64,000 nt of DNA from Candidatus Limnocylindrales bacterium (lineage in GTDB: Bacteria > Chloroflexota > Limnocylindria > Limnocylindrales > CSP1-4): positions 1,524 to 65,523 of the forward strand of contig JBBSCI010000001.1 of assembly GCA_038250445.1 (NCBI GenBank). Direction: 5' to 3'. The translations under genes were made by a program, and so were the position numbers. The notes beneath the pieces are model-generated. The model made no database searches, had not been told where the DNA came from, and saw only the letters and a program-made list of their open reading frames with translations. The number at the start of each line of letters is the position of its first letter. Position 1 is the stretch's first letter. Below, piece after piece: positions 9,540 to 18,318 of this stretch.

Positions 9540-9900
9540 CGCGCCTCGCATCCCCGCGGCAACTGGCCAACAATTCGCCGAGGGACTCTTAGGACAGCTT
9601 CGGGCCCTCGCGTGCCGCTCCTCGACTGAACGTAAGCCTTCCGCGGCTAACCCTCGCCAATTGACCGCAAATCGACCGAGCCTCTCGGCCTTCGAGTCCC
9701 CCGGTGACTATTTGGCGAGGTTGTTGCTCGCGCGACCGCGCAATTGGACAAATGCACACCGAGGGAACCTAAGTCCAAGTCGCGAGCCGTTGAAAGGTCG
9801 AATTCGGCCCCGAAGCTATTGGTCCACGCACGAATCGGCCCGTTGGCGAGCGCTCAGCGGCCGACTTCGGGCCCTGGACTTCCCCTAACGTTCCGTGCGT
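9540..9900. repeat. Repeat-rich, lower-GC intergenic region with recurrent CAATTCG/CAATTGG-containing motifs
   Basis: caattcgccgaggg (9571), cgccaattgaccgcaaatcgaccgag (9654), cgcaattggacaaatgcacaccgag (9738), gaattcggccccg (9799), cgaatcggccc (9831); cttcgggccct occurs twice; about 85-bp periodicity. Confidence 0.35.
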
Positions 9901-10097
9901 GTGAATCTGTCCAAGTCGGCAGCGAAGACCGCGAGGCCGTGACGCTTCAGACGATCGCGCGGGGCCGCAGCGATGTGGAAGCTGTCCTCGCCGGAGTTGC
10001 GCCCCTCGACCGCGTGGTGGGCATAGCCGACGTCACCCAGGAACCGATAGAGATCCTCAAGCGAGTCGTCATACAGCTGGAGGAACGTCGGATGCAC
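9885..10097 (-). CDS. Hypothetical small protein (70 aa, GTG start)
   Basis: ORF MHPTFLQLYDDSLEDLYRFLGDVGYAHHAVEG...; no recognisable domain; weak RBS. Confidence 0.25.
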   Translation of the reverse strand: MHPTFLQLYDDSLEDLYRFLGDVGYAHHAVEGRNSGEDSFHIAAAPRDRLKRHGLAVFAADLDRFTRTER

Positions 10098-10238
10098 CTC
10101 CAGCGGTACGCCCCTGACATCCGCGACCCCGTCGTCGGTGGCGAGCTTCGGAATCCGACGATGAAGCGCCGCGTGTCTCGTTCGGTGCCGCAGGTCGAGA
10201 ACGAGTCGTCGGGCCCCGATGCGGCCTTCGGAAGCAGT

Positions 10239-10736
10239 TCAGAGATGATCGCCCACGATCTCGGGCCGCCGATATGGGCCCGTCACGATCACCTCGCCCT
10301 CGGCCTCCTTCGGCTCGGCGCCCGTGCAGCGCATCCGGAAGCCGTGGTGGATCTCGGTTGCCCCGGACGACAGCATCGCGTTGACCGGGCAGTACTTCGT
10401 CGCCGACAGCTCGATTGCGCGGCGGACCGCCTGCTCGAGCACGACCGTCCCGTTGACTTCGTGGACGAGCTCGACCCGGGTCAGGACCTGTGGGTATTCG
10501 TCCCGCTGCTCGGCACGCGCCGAGACCGTGTACGAGACGATGACCTGGCGCTTCTTGTCCAGGATCCCGATGACGTCCATCGCGGTGCAGGCGGCGAGAG
10601 AGGCCACCACGGACTCGACCGGCGAATAGTCGTTCGCCGCCGCGTCGTCGCCGAACATGACGGTCCGGCCCGTCCCGGTCGTTGCGGAGAACCGATGCTC
10701 CCCTTCATGCCGCAGCTCGACTGTTCGGATCCTCAC
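10239..10736 (-). CDS. OsmC/Ohr family peroxiredoxin-like protein
   Basis: 165 aa with the two conserved Cys contexts (SLAACTAMD and KYCPV) of OsmC family. Confidence 0.85.
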   Translation of the reverse strand: MRIRTVELRHEGEHRFSATTGTGRTVMFGDDAAANDYSPVESVVASLAACTAMDVIGILDKKRQVIVSYTVSARAEQRDEYPQVLTRVELVHEVNGTVVLEQAVRRAIELSATKYCPVNAMLSSGATEIHHGFRMRCTGAEPKEAEGEVIVTGPYRRPEIVGDHL

Positions 10737-10759
10737 CCGCGGATCGTACGCGGTCCGAG

Positions 10760-12838
10760 TCAGACGGCCGCGGCCGTCGGCTCCGAGAGGAACTGCTCCT
10801 GGTAGAGCCGGGCATAGAGGCCGCCCCGGTCGACGAGCTCGGCGTGGGTGCCGCGTTCGACGATGTGGCCACGGTCGTAGACTAGGATCTGGTCGGCGCG
10901 CAGGATGGTCGACAGGCGATGGGCGATCGCGATTGTCGTGCGGCCTTCCATCAGGCGCTCCAGCGCGGCCTGGATCAGCCGCTCGCTCACGGTGTCGAGT
11001 GCGGAGGTCGCCTCGTCGAGAATGAGGATCCGCGGATCCTTCAGCAGGACCCGCGCGATCGCGACGCGCTGCTTCTCGCCGCCCGACAGCTTGTAACCGC
11101 GCTCGCCGACGACCGTGTCGTAGCCCTCGGGCAGCTCGCAGATCCGCTCGTGAATCGCCGCGGCGCGCGCCGCCACCTCGAGTTCCGCATCGGTCGCGTC
11201 GGGCTTCGCGTAGAGCAGATTGGCCCGGATCGTGTCGTGGAACAGGTACGTCTCCTGGGTCACGAACCCGATCACGTCGCCGAGACTCGCCAGCGTCACG
11301 GTCCGGATGTCGCGCCCATCGATCTCAACGGCCCCGCTGTCGACGTCATAGAGCCGCGGGACGAGGTAGGTCGAGGTCGTCTTGCCCGACCCCGACGGTC
11401 CGACGAGCGCGATGAGCTGCCCGGCGTCGGCCTGGAAGTCGATCCCCTCGAGCCCGAATGGCTGGGCCATCGCGATCGCCGGCACGGGCGGCAGTTCGGA
11501 CTCGCCGTCGGACTCGCCGTCGAGGTCATCTGTCACCGGTCGAACTGGCACGGCGGCCGCCGGATATCGGAACGAGACGTCGCGGAATCGGACGCTGCCA
11601 CGGATCGTCGCACGGTCGAGGTCGACCGCATCCGGTGCATCGACGATCTCGGGGTCCATCTCGAGGTATTCAAAGATCCGATCAACCAGGGCGAGCGCCC
11701 CGTGGATTTCGACCTGAACTCCAAGCAGCTGGCCGAGCGGGAAGAAGAGCCGGCTTTGGAGCGTCGTGAACGCGACGATATCGCCAATCGTCGGCGCGCT
11801 CGGGTCGCCCTGGATCGCGAGGAAGCCGGCCAGCCAGTACACGAACGCCGGCGTTATCGAGAAGATCGTCCCGATGATCATGAAGAACCAGCGCCCGACC
11901 ATCGCCTGGCGGACCTGGAGTCGGGCGAGCTCACGATTGAGCTTGCTGAACCGACCGATCGCGGCGCTCTGCTGACCAAACGTCTTCGACAGCAGCATCC
12001 CCGAGACCGACAGGGTCTCCTCGGTCACGGCCGACATCTCGGCGAGCGATTTCTGGGTCTCGCCGCGGACCTCCCGGTTGACCTTCCCGACCCGGAACGT
12101 GAGGTACATGAAGAACGGCGTCATCGCGAGGCTGAGGACCGTCAGCCGCCAGTCGATGATGATCATCGCGATGATCGTGCTCAGTGCGATCGCGATGTTC
12201 GAGGTCAGCGACGCGGCGGTGTCGGTGACGACCGACTGGATGCCGCCGACGTCGTTCGCCAGCCGGCTCTGGATCTCACCGGTCCGGGTCTCGGTGAAGA
12301 AGCGGAGCGGCATCTTCTGGAGGTGGGCGTAAAGCTCGGTCCGGAGGTCGTGCATGACGCTCTGGCCGATCACGTTGTTGAGGTAACTCTGGCCGACGCC
12401 GATCACGCCCGAGATGATCGGCAGCACGATCATCAGCCCGACGAACAAGTTGAGCAGGCCCCAGTTCCGCTCCGGGATCGCGATGTCGATGAGGAGCTTG
12501 AGAAGGATCGGGTTGACGAGCCCGATGAAGCTCGTCAGCAGGATCGCGGAGAGGACGACCGCGACCTGGGCCTTGTAGGGCTTGAAGAAGGCGACCATGC
12601 GACGGAGCGTTCGGCCGCGCCGCTCTCTCGGGACCCTCTCGAAGTCGTCCGATCCGCCGAACCCACCCCAAGGGCCGCCGCGCCCCCGACCGCCGCTCGC
12701 GCGCCCACCCCCTCCGCCGCTGCGCGGGCGCCCGCTGGCCGCGCCGGCGGCTCCGCCTGTTGCGGATCCGGTCCGCCCGAACCCACCTCCTCTTCCACTC
12801 ATCCGCGGGACGCTACCATGATCGGACCTGAGTTGCAT
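10760..12838 (-). CDS. ABC transporter, fused permease/ATP-binding exporter (MsbA-like) with Gly/Arg-rich N-terminal extension
   Basis: 6-TM domain followed by Walker A GPSGSGKTT, signature LSGGEKQRVAIARVLL, Walker B ILILDEATSALD; first ~80 residues GRGGGFGRTGSATGGAAGAASGRPRSGGGGGRASGGRGRGGPWGGFGG; true start may be internal (MSGRGGG or MVAFFKPYK). Confidence 0.85.
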   Translation of the reverse strand: MQLRSDHGSVPRMSGRGGGFGRTGSATGGAAGAASGRPRSGGGGGRASGGRGRGGPWGGFGGSDDFERVPRERRGRTLRRMVAFFKPYKAQVAVVLSAILLTSFIGLVNPILLKLLIDIAIPERNWGLLNLFVGLMIVLPIISGVIGVGQSYLNNVIGQSVMHDLRTELYAHLQKMPLRFFTETRTGEIQSRLANDVGGIQSVVTDTAASLTSNIAIALSTIIAMIIIDWRLTVLSLAMTPFFMYLTFRVGKVNREVRGETQKSLAEMSAVTEETLSVSGMLLSKTFGQQSAAIGRFSKLNRELARLQVRQAMVGRWFFMIIGTIFSITPAFVYWLAGFLAIQGDPSAPTIGDIVAFTTLQSRLFFPLGQLLGVQVEIHGALALVDRIFEYLEMDPEIVDAPDAVDLDRATIRGSVRFRDVSFRYPAAAVPVRPVTDDLDGESDGESELPPVPAIAMAQPFGLEGIDFQADAGQLIALVGPSGSGKTTSTYLVPRLYDVDSGAVEIDGRDIRTVTLASLGDVIGFVTQETYLFHDTIRANLLYAKPDATDAELEVAARAAAIHERICELPEGYDTVVGERGYKLSGGEKQRVAIARVLLKDPRILILDEATSALDTVSERLIQAALERLMEGRTTIAIAHRLSTILRADQILVYDRGHIVERGTHAELVDRGGLYARLYQEQFLSEPTAAAV

Positions 12839-13029
12839 TCTGCAAGCGAGTCCGGCGGGCCGGCCCGGGCGGTAGGATACTGCCGATGGGCTCGAAGTTC
12901 GTTTCGGTTCGGCGGCGGGTTCCGATGCGCCTCCGGCGGGGTGTGCTGCGCCTCATTGGCCGCCTGCCGGTGGTGAGAATTCGGATCGTGGAGCTGGGGC
13001 TCCCAGCGGCGGGAGGCGCGCCGCTCGGC

Positions 13030-13824
13030 ATGTCGCGGACCCTCACGATACGCACCCCGGAGGGGAGCTATGTCAGCCAGTTGCTCGCCTCGACCGGGCT
13101 CGCCGGCTACGAGCCCGACACGCTCGCCTGCTTCCTGGCCGCGATCGAGGAGTGCGGATCCGCGCCCGTCTTCGACGTCGGGGCGAACATCGGTGTCTTC
13201 TCGTGGCTGGCCGCGGCACTGACGCCGGCCACGGTTATCGCATTCGAGCCAGCGCCTGATCTCGTCGCCCAGATGCGAGCTGTCTGCTCCGAGAATGACC
13301 TCGCTGTGACGGTCGAAGAGGTTGCGTTGGGCGCGGCACCGGGCAGGGCCGAGCTCCACCTCTCGGACAAAACCGACAGCTCCAACTCCATGCGTGCCGG
13401 CTTCCGACGGTCGCATCGGTCCGTCGTGGTGGCGGTCGAGACGATCGACGACTACGTGGCCCGGACCGGGGCCACGCCCGCCGTCCTCAAGCTCGACACG
13501 GAGTCGACCGAGCCCGACATCCTCCGCGGAGCCGCGGGGTTCATCGCGAGCAACCGGCCATGGCTCATCTGCGAGGTCCTGGCCGGCCGGACCGAGGCGG
13601 ACCTAACAGCAATCCTCGAGCCGCTCCGTTACTTGTGGTACCGCATCGACGGGCCGGGGCCGCTGGAGCCCCGCAAGGTGATCGAGGGCGATCGATCGTA
13701 CACGCACTTGAACTGGTTGTTCGCGCCGGCCGAGCCGAGCCTATCGTTTTGGGAGCGTTCCGCCGCCTGGCGGACGGCGATTGCTGGGACCGACGCGCCG
13801 GAAGTCAGGATCGTCCCCGCCTGA
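13030..13824 (+). CDS. FkbM family methyltransferase
   Basis: FDVGANIGVFSWLAA...IAFEP motif of Methyltransf_21; start chosen at internal ATG 13030 (MSRTLTIRTPEG) because ORF-track start 12886 is only 47 bp from the divergent ABC gene; 12886 not excluded. Confidence 0.75.
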   Translation: MSRTLTIRTPEGSYVSQLLASTGLAGYEPDTLACFLAAIEECGSAPVFDVGANIGVFSWLAAALTPATVIAFEPAPDLVAQMRAVCSENDLAVTVEEVALGAAPGRAELHLSDKTDSSNSMRAGFRRSHRSVVVAVETIDDYVARTGATPAVLKLDTESTEPDILRGAAGFIASNRPWLICEVLAGRTEADLTAILEPLRYLWYRIDGPGPLEPRKVIEGDRSYTHLNWLFAPAEPSLSFWERSAAWRTAIAGTDAPEVRIVPA

Positions 13825-13901
13825 CTCACCCTCTGCGCTGGCCGAAACACCAATCCCTGACTGATGCCGTTTGGTGCCGCCGAGACCGCGCGAGGAGAGG
13901 C

Positions 13902-14621
13902 TCAGGCCGCGGAAACTACGATCGTGGATCGACGGCCCGGCATACCCTGGACCAGAAGGTCGCCGAGCAGTCCCAGGAGATACGTCGGCCAGCGCCGCCC
14001 CCAGGCTCGGGCTAGATGGCCGATGGTCGTGATGCGAACATCCGCGTAGCCGGCCGCCGCAAGGGCGCGCCGCAGGTCGGCAGGCGAATTGCAGACGCCG
14101 ACGATCGGATGGGCGTCGGCCGGCGTCGCCTTGACCTGTCGCTGAAGGCGGCCTCGCAGCCCCGCCGGGATCGCCATGTACGCGCCGACGAACGGATGGC
14201 GTCGGTTGACCGTGGAGATGACCAGGCGTCCACCGGGCCGCAGCCAGCTCCTCAGGTTGCGGAAGGCCGCCTCGGGGTCGGCGAAATGTTCGACGGTGAA
14301 GCTCGACAGAATCACGTCGAAGGTTCCCGGGGCAAAGGCGCTGCCATCGCGGCAGAGGTCGACCGTCGCGAACTCGTCGAGGTGGAGGAGTGCCCCGGGC
14401 GCCGGAGCGTGGATGTCGGCCCCGACAAATCGGCCGATCCGGGGCCGGAACGGACGCAGCGCCGAAACTCGCCCGCAGCCGGCGTCGAGGACGTCGGCCG
14501 GCGTGGTAGGAGTGGCGTCAGCAAAGGCGAGCCCCAGCTCGCGGTTCACGACCTCGGAAACGGCCGGGCGGATCCCGAGGCGGGGCAGGATGGCGAACCG
14601 TCGGCGCTCACGGGAGGCCAC
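13902..14621 (-). CDS. Class I SAM-dependent methyltransferase (Methyltransf_11-like)
   Basis: VLDAGCGRVSAL (motif I) ... LRPGGRLVIST; 11 nt downstream of trxB on same strand. Confidence 0.75.
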   Translation of the reverse strand: MASRERRRFAILPRLGIRPAVSEVVNRELGLAFADATPTTPADVLDAGCGRVSALRPFRPRIGRFVGADIHAPAPGALLHLDEFATVDLCRDGSAFAPGTFDVILSSFTVEHFADPEAAFRNLRSWLRPGGRLVISTVNRRHPFVGAYMAIPAGLRGRLQRQVKATPADAHPIVGVCNSPADLRRALAAAGYADVRITTIGHLARAWGRRWPTYLLGLLGDLLVQGMPGRRSTIVVSAA

Positions 14622-14632
14622 TGGACGGGCCG

Positions 14633-15736
14633 CTACCAGGCGGAGGCCGTGCTCGCCTCGACGACCCCCTGCATTTCGAGCCAGCGCTCGGCGTCGATCG
14701 CCGCTTTGCAGCCGTCGCCTGCGGCCGTCACCGCCTGGCGGTACCGATGGTCGTGGACGTCGCCGGCGATGAACACGCCATCGATCTTCGAGCCGGTCTC
14801 GTCGTGGACGACGAGATAGCCCATCTCGTCGACATCGAGCCAGTCCTTGAAGGCTTCAGTGTTCGGTCGGTAGCCGATCGCGATGAACAGGCCTTCCATG
14901 TCGACGTCCTCGGTCGCGCCCGACTGCGTGTCGCGCAGGCGCAGGCCGGACACCTTCGCGTCGCCGAGAACCTCGTCGACGGCCGTGTTCATCCGGATCT
15001 CGATCTTCGGATTCTCCTTCGCCCGCTCGACCATGATCTTGCTCGCGCGGAACGCGTCGCGGCGATGGTAAAGGTTGACCTTCTTGGCGAACCGCGTCAG
15101 AAACGTGGCCTCTTCGAGGGCCGTGTCGCCGCCGCCGACCACGGCGATTTCCTTGTCGCGGAAGAAGAAGCCGTCACAGGTGGCGCAGGCGCTGACACCG
15201 CGGCCACGGAGCCGCGTCTCGCTGTCGAGGCCGAGCCAGAGCGCCGACGCACCTGTTGCGACGATCACGGCATCGGCTCGGTACTCGGTTCCGCGGGCCC
15301 ACAACCGGAACGGGCGCGAGGAGAAATCGACCCGATCGATATCGATGTCGACGATGTGCGTCCCGAACCGCTCCGCCTGCTCGCGGAACGCGGCCATCAA
15401 CTCGGGGCCCTGGATTCCATTCGGGAAACCGGGATAGTTCTCGACATCGCTCGTGATCATGAGCTGGCCGCCCGGCGTCGAGCCGGCGAGGACGATCGGC
15501 TCGAGGTTCGCTCGCGCGGCGTAGATCGCGGCGGTCAGCCCGGCCGGGCCGGAGCCCACGATGATGACCTTCGATTCGATTCGGCTATGGTCGGCAACGG
15601 GAGTCGACGGTCCGCCCGGCATGACCGAAACGGCGTCGGCCGTCGGGGCTTCCGCCACCGCACCGAAGTCGATCGCGAACCCGCCGAAGGGACTCGGCTT
15701 GCCCGCGCCCGAGCCGTTGTTCCTGTCGTCCGTCAT
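14633..15736 (-). CDS. trxB: Thioredoxin-disulfide reductase with ~55-aa N-terminal extension
   Basis: KVIIVGSGPAGLTAAIYAARA (FAD), CATCDG redox-active disulfide, GGGDTALEEATFLT (NADPH); extension MTDDRNNGSGAGKPSPFGGFAIDFGAV... precedes conserved core; alternative ATG at comp 15620-15622. Confidence 0.85.
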   Translation of the reverse strand: MTDDRNNGSGAGKPSPFGGFAIDFGAVAEAPTADAVSVMPGGPSTPVADHSRIESKVIIVGSGPAGLTAAIYAARANLEPIVLAGSTPGGQLMITSDVENYPGFPNGIQGPELMAAFREQAERFGTHIVDIDIDRVDFSSRPFRLWARGTEYRADAVIVATGASALWLGLDSETRLRGRGVSACATCDGFFFRDKEIAVVGGGDTALEEATFLTRFAKKVNLYHRRDAFRASKIMVERAKENPKIEIRMNTAVDEVLGDAKVSGLRLRDTQSGATEDVDMEGLFIAIGYRPNTEAFKDWLDVDEMGYLVVHDETGSKIDGVFIAGDVHDHRYRQAVTAAGDGCKAAIDAERWLEMQGVVEASTASAW

Positions 15737-15788
15737 GGCCTCATCGTATCACGGCTGGATACCCCAGGGGAGTATCCGAGCCGCGCAG

Positions 15789-16667
15789 CTACAGGTCCCG
15801 CAATTGGGGTAGGACGTCCCGGCCGAGAGTCTCGAGATTGGCCAGGTCCGCTACGTTCGTCACCGAATAGATCACGTGCTGGGCGCCCGCATCGGCGAGC
15901 TCACCGAACCGATCGACGACTTGGGCCGGCGAGTCGGTGGCGAGATCGACCCGCTGGAGCGTCGAGCGCTCGATCTCGTCGGGATCGCGACCGATCGCCG
16001 CACAGTGTTCGCGCAGCACTTCGTACTTGTGGTGGATCGCCGTCGGGCCGCCGAAGACGTTTGTCGCGTCGGCATACTGGGCGACCAGGCGGAGCGTCTT
16101 CCGTTCGCCACCGCCCCCGATCATGATCGGGGGCCGTGGCCGTGACAGCGACTGCGGGGAGTTCATCAAGCGGCTTGCCTGAAACCGGCGACCCGCGAAT
16201 GCTTGTTCCGATCCGCGCTCGCCGGTCCACATGCCGTGGGCGATCTGGAGCGTCTCCTCGAGCATCTCGAAGCGCTCGCCGAGTGGCGGGAACGGGAAGC
16301 CGAGCGCCTCGGACTCCTCCTGGTTCCAGGCCGCCCCGATCCCGAGCCAGGCCCGGCCGCTCGACAGGACGTCGAGCGTCGTTGCGGCCTTGACCCACCG
16401 GCCCGGCAGCCGGTCGTGGACGCCGCCGACCATGAGCCCGAGCCGCGCGCGTTTGGTCAGCGCGGCGAGGTAGCCCAGGGCCGTCGAGCCCTCGAGCATC
16501 GGCTCCTCGGGCCGACCGACGCCGCGGATCTGGAAGAAGTGGTCCATGACCCAGATCGAGTCGAACCCGACCTCGTCTGCTTTGGCGGCGATGCGGCCGA
16601 GCGTTGGGCCGATCGCCTCCGTGCCGCCCGGCCATGAGAACGAGGAGATCTGGAGACCGGACTTCAT
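15789..16667 (-). CDS. LLM-class F420-dependent oxidoreductase (luciferase-like monooxygenase family)
   Basis: Internal ATG comp(16665-16667) with GGAGGGAG SD gives MKSGLQISSFSWPGG...; LLM fold motifs; upstream 48 codons of ORF-track call look non-coding. Confidence 0.8.
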   Translation of the reverse strand: MKSGLQISSFSWPGGTEAIGPTLGRIAAKADEVGFDSIWVMDHFFQIRGVGRPEEPMLEGSTALGYLAALTKRARLGLMVGGVHDRLPGRWVKAATTLDVLSSGRAWLGIGAAWNQEESEALGFPFPPLGERFEMLEETLQIAHGMWTGERGSEQAFAGRRFQASRLMNSPQSLSRPRPPIMIGGGGERKTLRLVAQYADATNVFGGPTAIHHKYEVLREHCAAIGRDPDEIERSTLQRVDLATDSPAQVVDRFGELADAGAQHVIYSVTNVADLANLETLGRDVLPQLRDL

Positions 16668-17014
16668 GCGCTCCCTCCGAGATTGTCGGTTGCAAGATGC
16701 TACGCGCTCGTGCAGAGAGGCGCCGTGGGCCCCTGAAATTACTGCAAATGGTGGATGCGCACGCTGCGGTCCAGGTGCCATCTTGCTGTTGTTCAGATCG
16801 CGTTCGGGCACGACGCGAAGACCGAGGCCAGGGCACTAGCCTCGGTTCGCCGCCCGCGGGGACCTGCCACACCGTCGCCTACAGCTCGCCGCCAACCCCC
16901 AGCCGGCGAGCCAAACGTTCCTCAGGGATCGTGGGCGGGCGGGCTCCCCGCGGCGGCGACCCGGCCACATGGCCTCCCCCCGGCCGGCCAGGCCGTACGC
17001 CAGGTCCACCACGC

Positions 17015-17827
17015 TCAGTCCTTGTATTTCCGGTCGACCCAGATGAGCGCGACCGTGAAAAACGACGCCGCCACCCCGACCACGGGGGCGAGCAGGCCGC
17101 CCGTTCCCGCGGCGACCGCGAGCCACGACGCGAGCGCGCCGAGGAGATTGAACGTGATCGCCGCGATGTTCTGGATCCGCATCACCCGATAGCCCGGCGC
17201 CAGCAAGCTGGCGATGCCAGCCGTCGCGTAGCCGAGGCAACCTGCGCCGGCAAGGCGGAAGACCCAGGTATCGGTGCCGGCCAGACCGAACAGGTTCGCG
17301 AACGGCCCGGGAGCGATGAGCGGCAGCAAGCCGAACGTGGCCGCGGAGAGCGTCGCGAGCGCGAGCACGACCCGCGCCGGCGTGTCGAGCCGGCGGCCGG
17401 CGTCGATCTCGGAGCCCTCGTCGCGGCGGAGCCAGTAAGCGGCGATCACCGTGAAGACAGCACCCGCCCCGACGACGAACGGGACGATCGGCTGCTTCGC
17501 GCCCGTCGCCAGCTCGTACGCGCTCGCCGCGAACGCCCCGATCGTGAACGTCAGCGTCGCGATGGCCGGGATTCGAATCTGGCGCCAGCCGGCGCCCCAC
17601 GCGAGGGCGATGATCGCTGCGATGAAGTAGCCCGTCGTGGCCGCCCCACCGAGCCGGTAGATGAGCGGATCGTCGCCGCTGAAGCCGAGCGCCGACGCGT
17701 ATGCAGCCGTCGCGAGCATCGGCACCAGGCCGAAAACGAGCCCGGCCGCCGCCTGGGCGATGAGCGTGAACCGGAAGGGGAGCGTGACCGCCTGGTCGCG
17801 TCGCCTACCGGAGTCGATTGCCGTCAT
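17015..17827 (-). CDS. Integral membrane protein with internal 4TM+4TM tandem duplication
   Basis: 270 aa, ~8 TM helices; residues ~25-135 align with ~150-265 (AAGLVFGLVPMLATAAYASALGFSG / SAATFGLLPLIAPGPFANLFGLAG...); downstream of small protein 17887..18318 (59-nt gap). Confidence 0.55.
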   Translation of the reverse strand: MTAIDSGRRRDQAVTLPFRFTLIAQAAAGLVFGLVPMLATAAYASALGFSGDDPLIYRLGGAATTGYFIAAIIALAWGAGWRQIRIPAIATLTFTIGAFAASAYELATGAKQPIVPFVVGAGAVFTVIAAYWLRRDEGSEIDAGRRLDTPARVVLALATLSAATFGLLPLIAPGPFANLFGLAGTDTWVFRLAGAGCLGYATAGIASLLAPGYRVMRIQNIAAITFNLLGALASWLAVAAGTGGLLAPVVGVAASFFTVALIWVDRKYKD

Positions 17828-17886
17828 CGTGCGTCCCTATGAATGGGTTGATCGGTGACATGTTCGCGCGACGGAACAGGGTCAGA

Positions 17887-18318
17887 TCAACCGCCGAACT
17901 TCTCCTGGTACTCGCGCGACAGCGCATCGCCGGCACTCTGGACGATCTTCCCGACGATCGGATTCACGATCACGCCTGTGACCGCGCCGACGACGCCGGG
18001 TAGATGCTTCACGAACCAGTCCCTCGTTGCGGCCATGACCGAGACGTTCGGCTCCCCGACGCTCGCGGCACCCTCGAGGTCGTCGATCCGCTCGAGTGCG
18101 CGATCCTTTAGCTCAGGAGGCGCCGTCTGCTGGATCGTCGCCCGCAGCCTCGCGAACTCGTCGCCGAGCATCGCAAGTTCCTGCTCGCTCGGTCGCCCGA
18201 CGATCGTCACGCGCGACACGGTCTGTTGGATGTCCGACCCGGCGGCGATCGCGCCCTCGCTGGTGCCCGAGACATTGACGTTGATTCTGCCCGGCTCGGG
18301 CTTCCTCTCATCGGTCAT
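17887..18318 (-). CDS. Small protein sharing N-terminal motif with adjacent STAND NTPase; C-terminal glycine-zipper hydrophobic helix
   Basis: 143 aa; residues 11-41 RINVNVSGTSEGAIAAGSDIQQTVSRVTIVG resemble residues ~43-75 of upstream 817-aa protein (ISVNQQGTNSGLIAAGMNINQTQVNVAVTLGG, ~50% identity over 30 aa); C-terminus LPGVVGAVTGVIVNPIVGKIVQSAG; start overlaps stop of upstream gene (ATGA at 18315-18318). Confidence 0.55.
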   Translation of the reverse strand: MTDERKPEPGRINVNVSGTSEGAIAAGSDIQQTVSRVTIVGRPSEQELAMLGDEFARLRATIQQTAPPELKDRALERIDDLEGAASVGEPNVSVMAATRDWFVKHLPGVVGAVTGVIVNPIVGKIVQSAGDALSREYQEKFGG

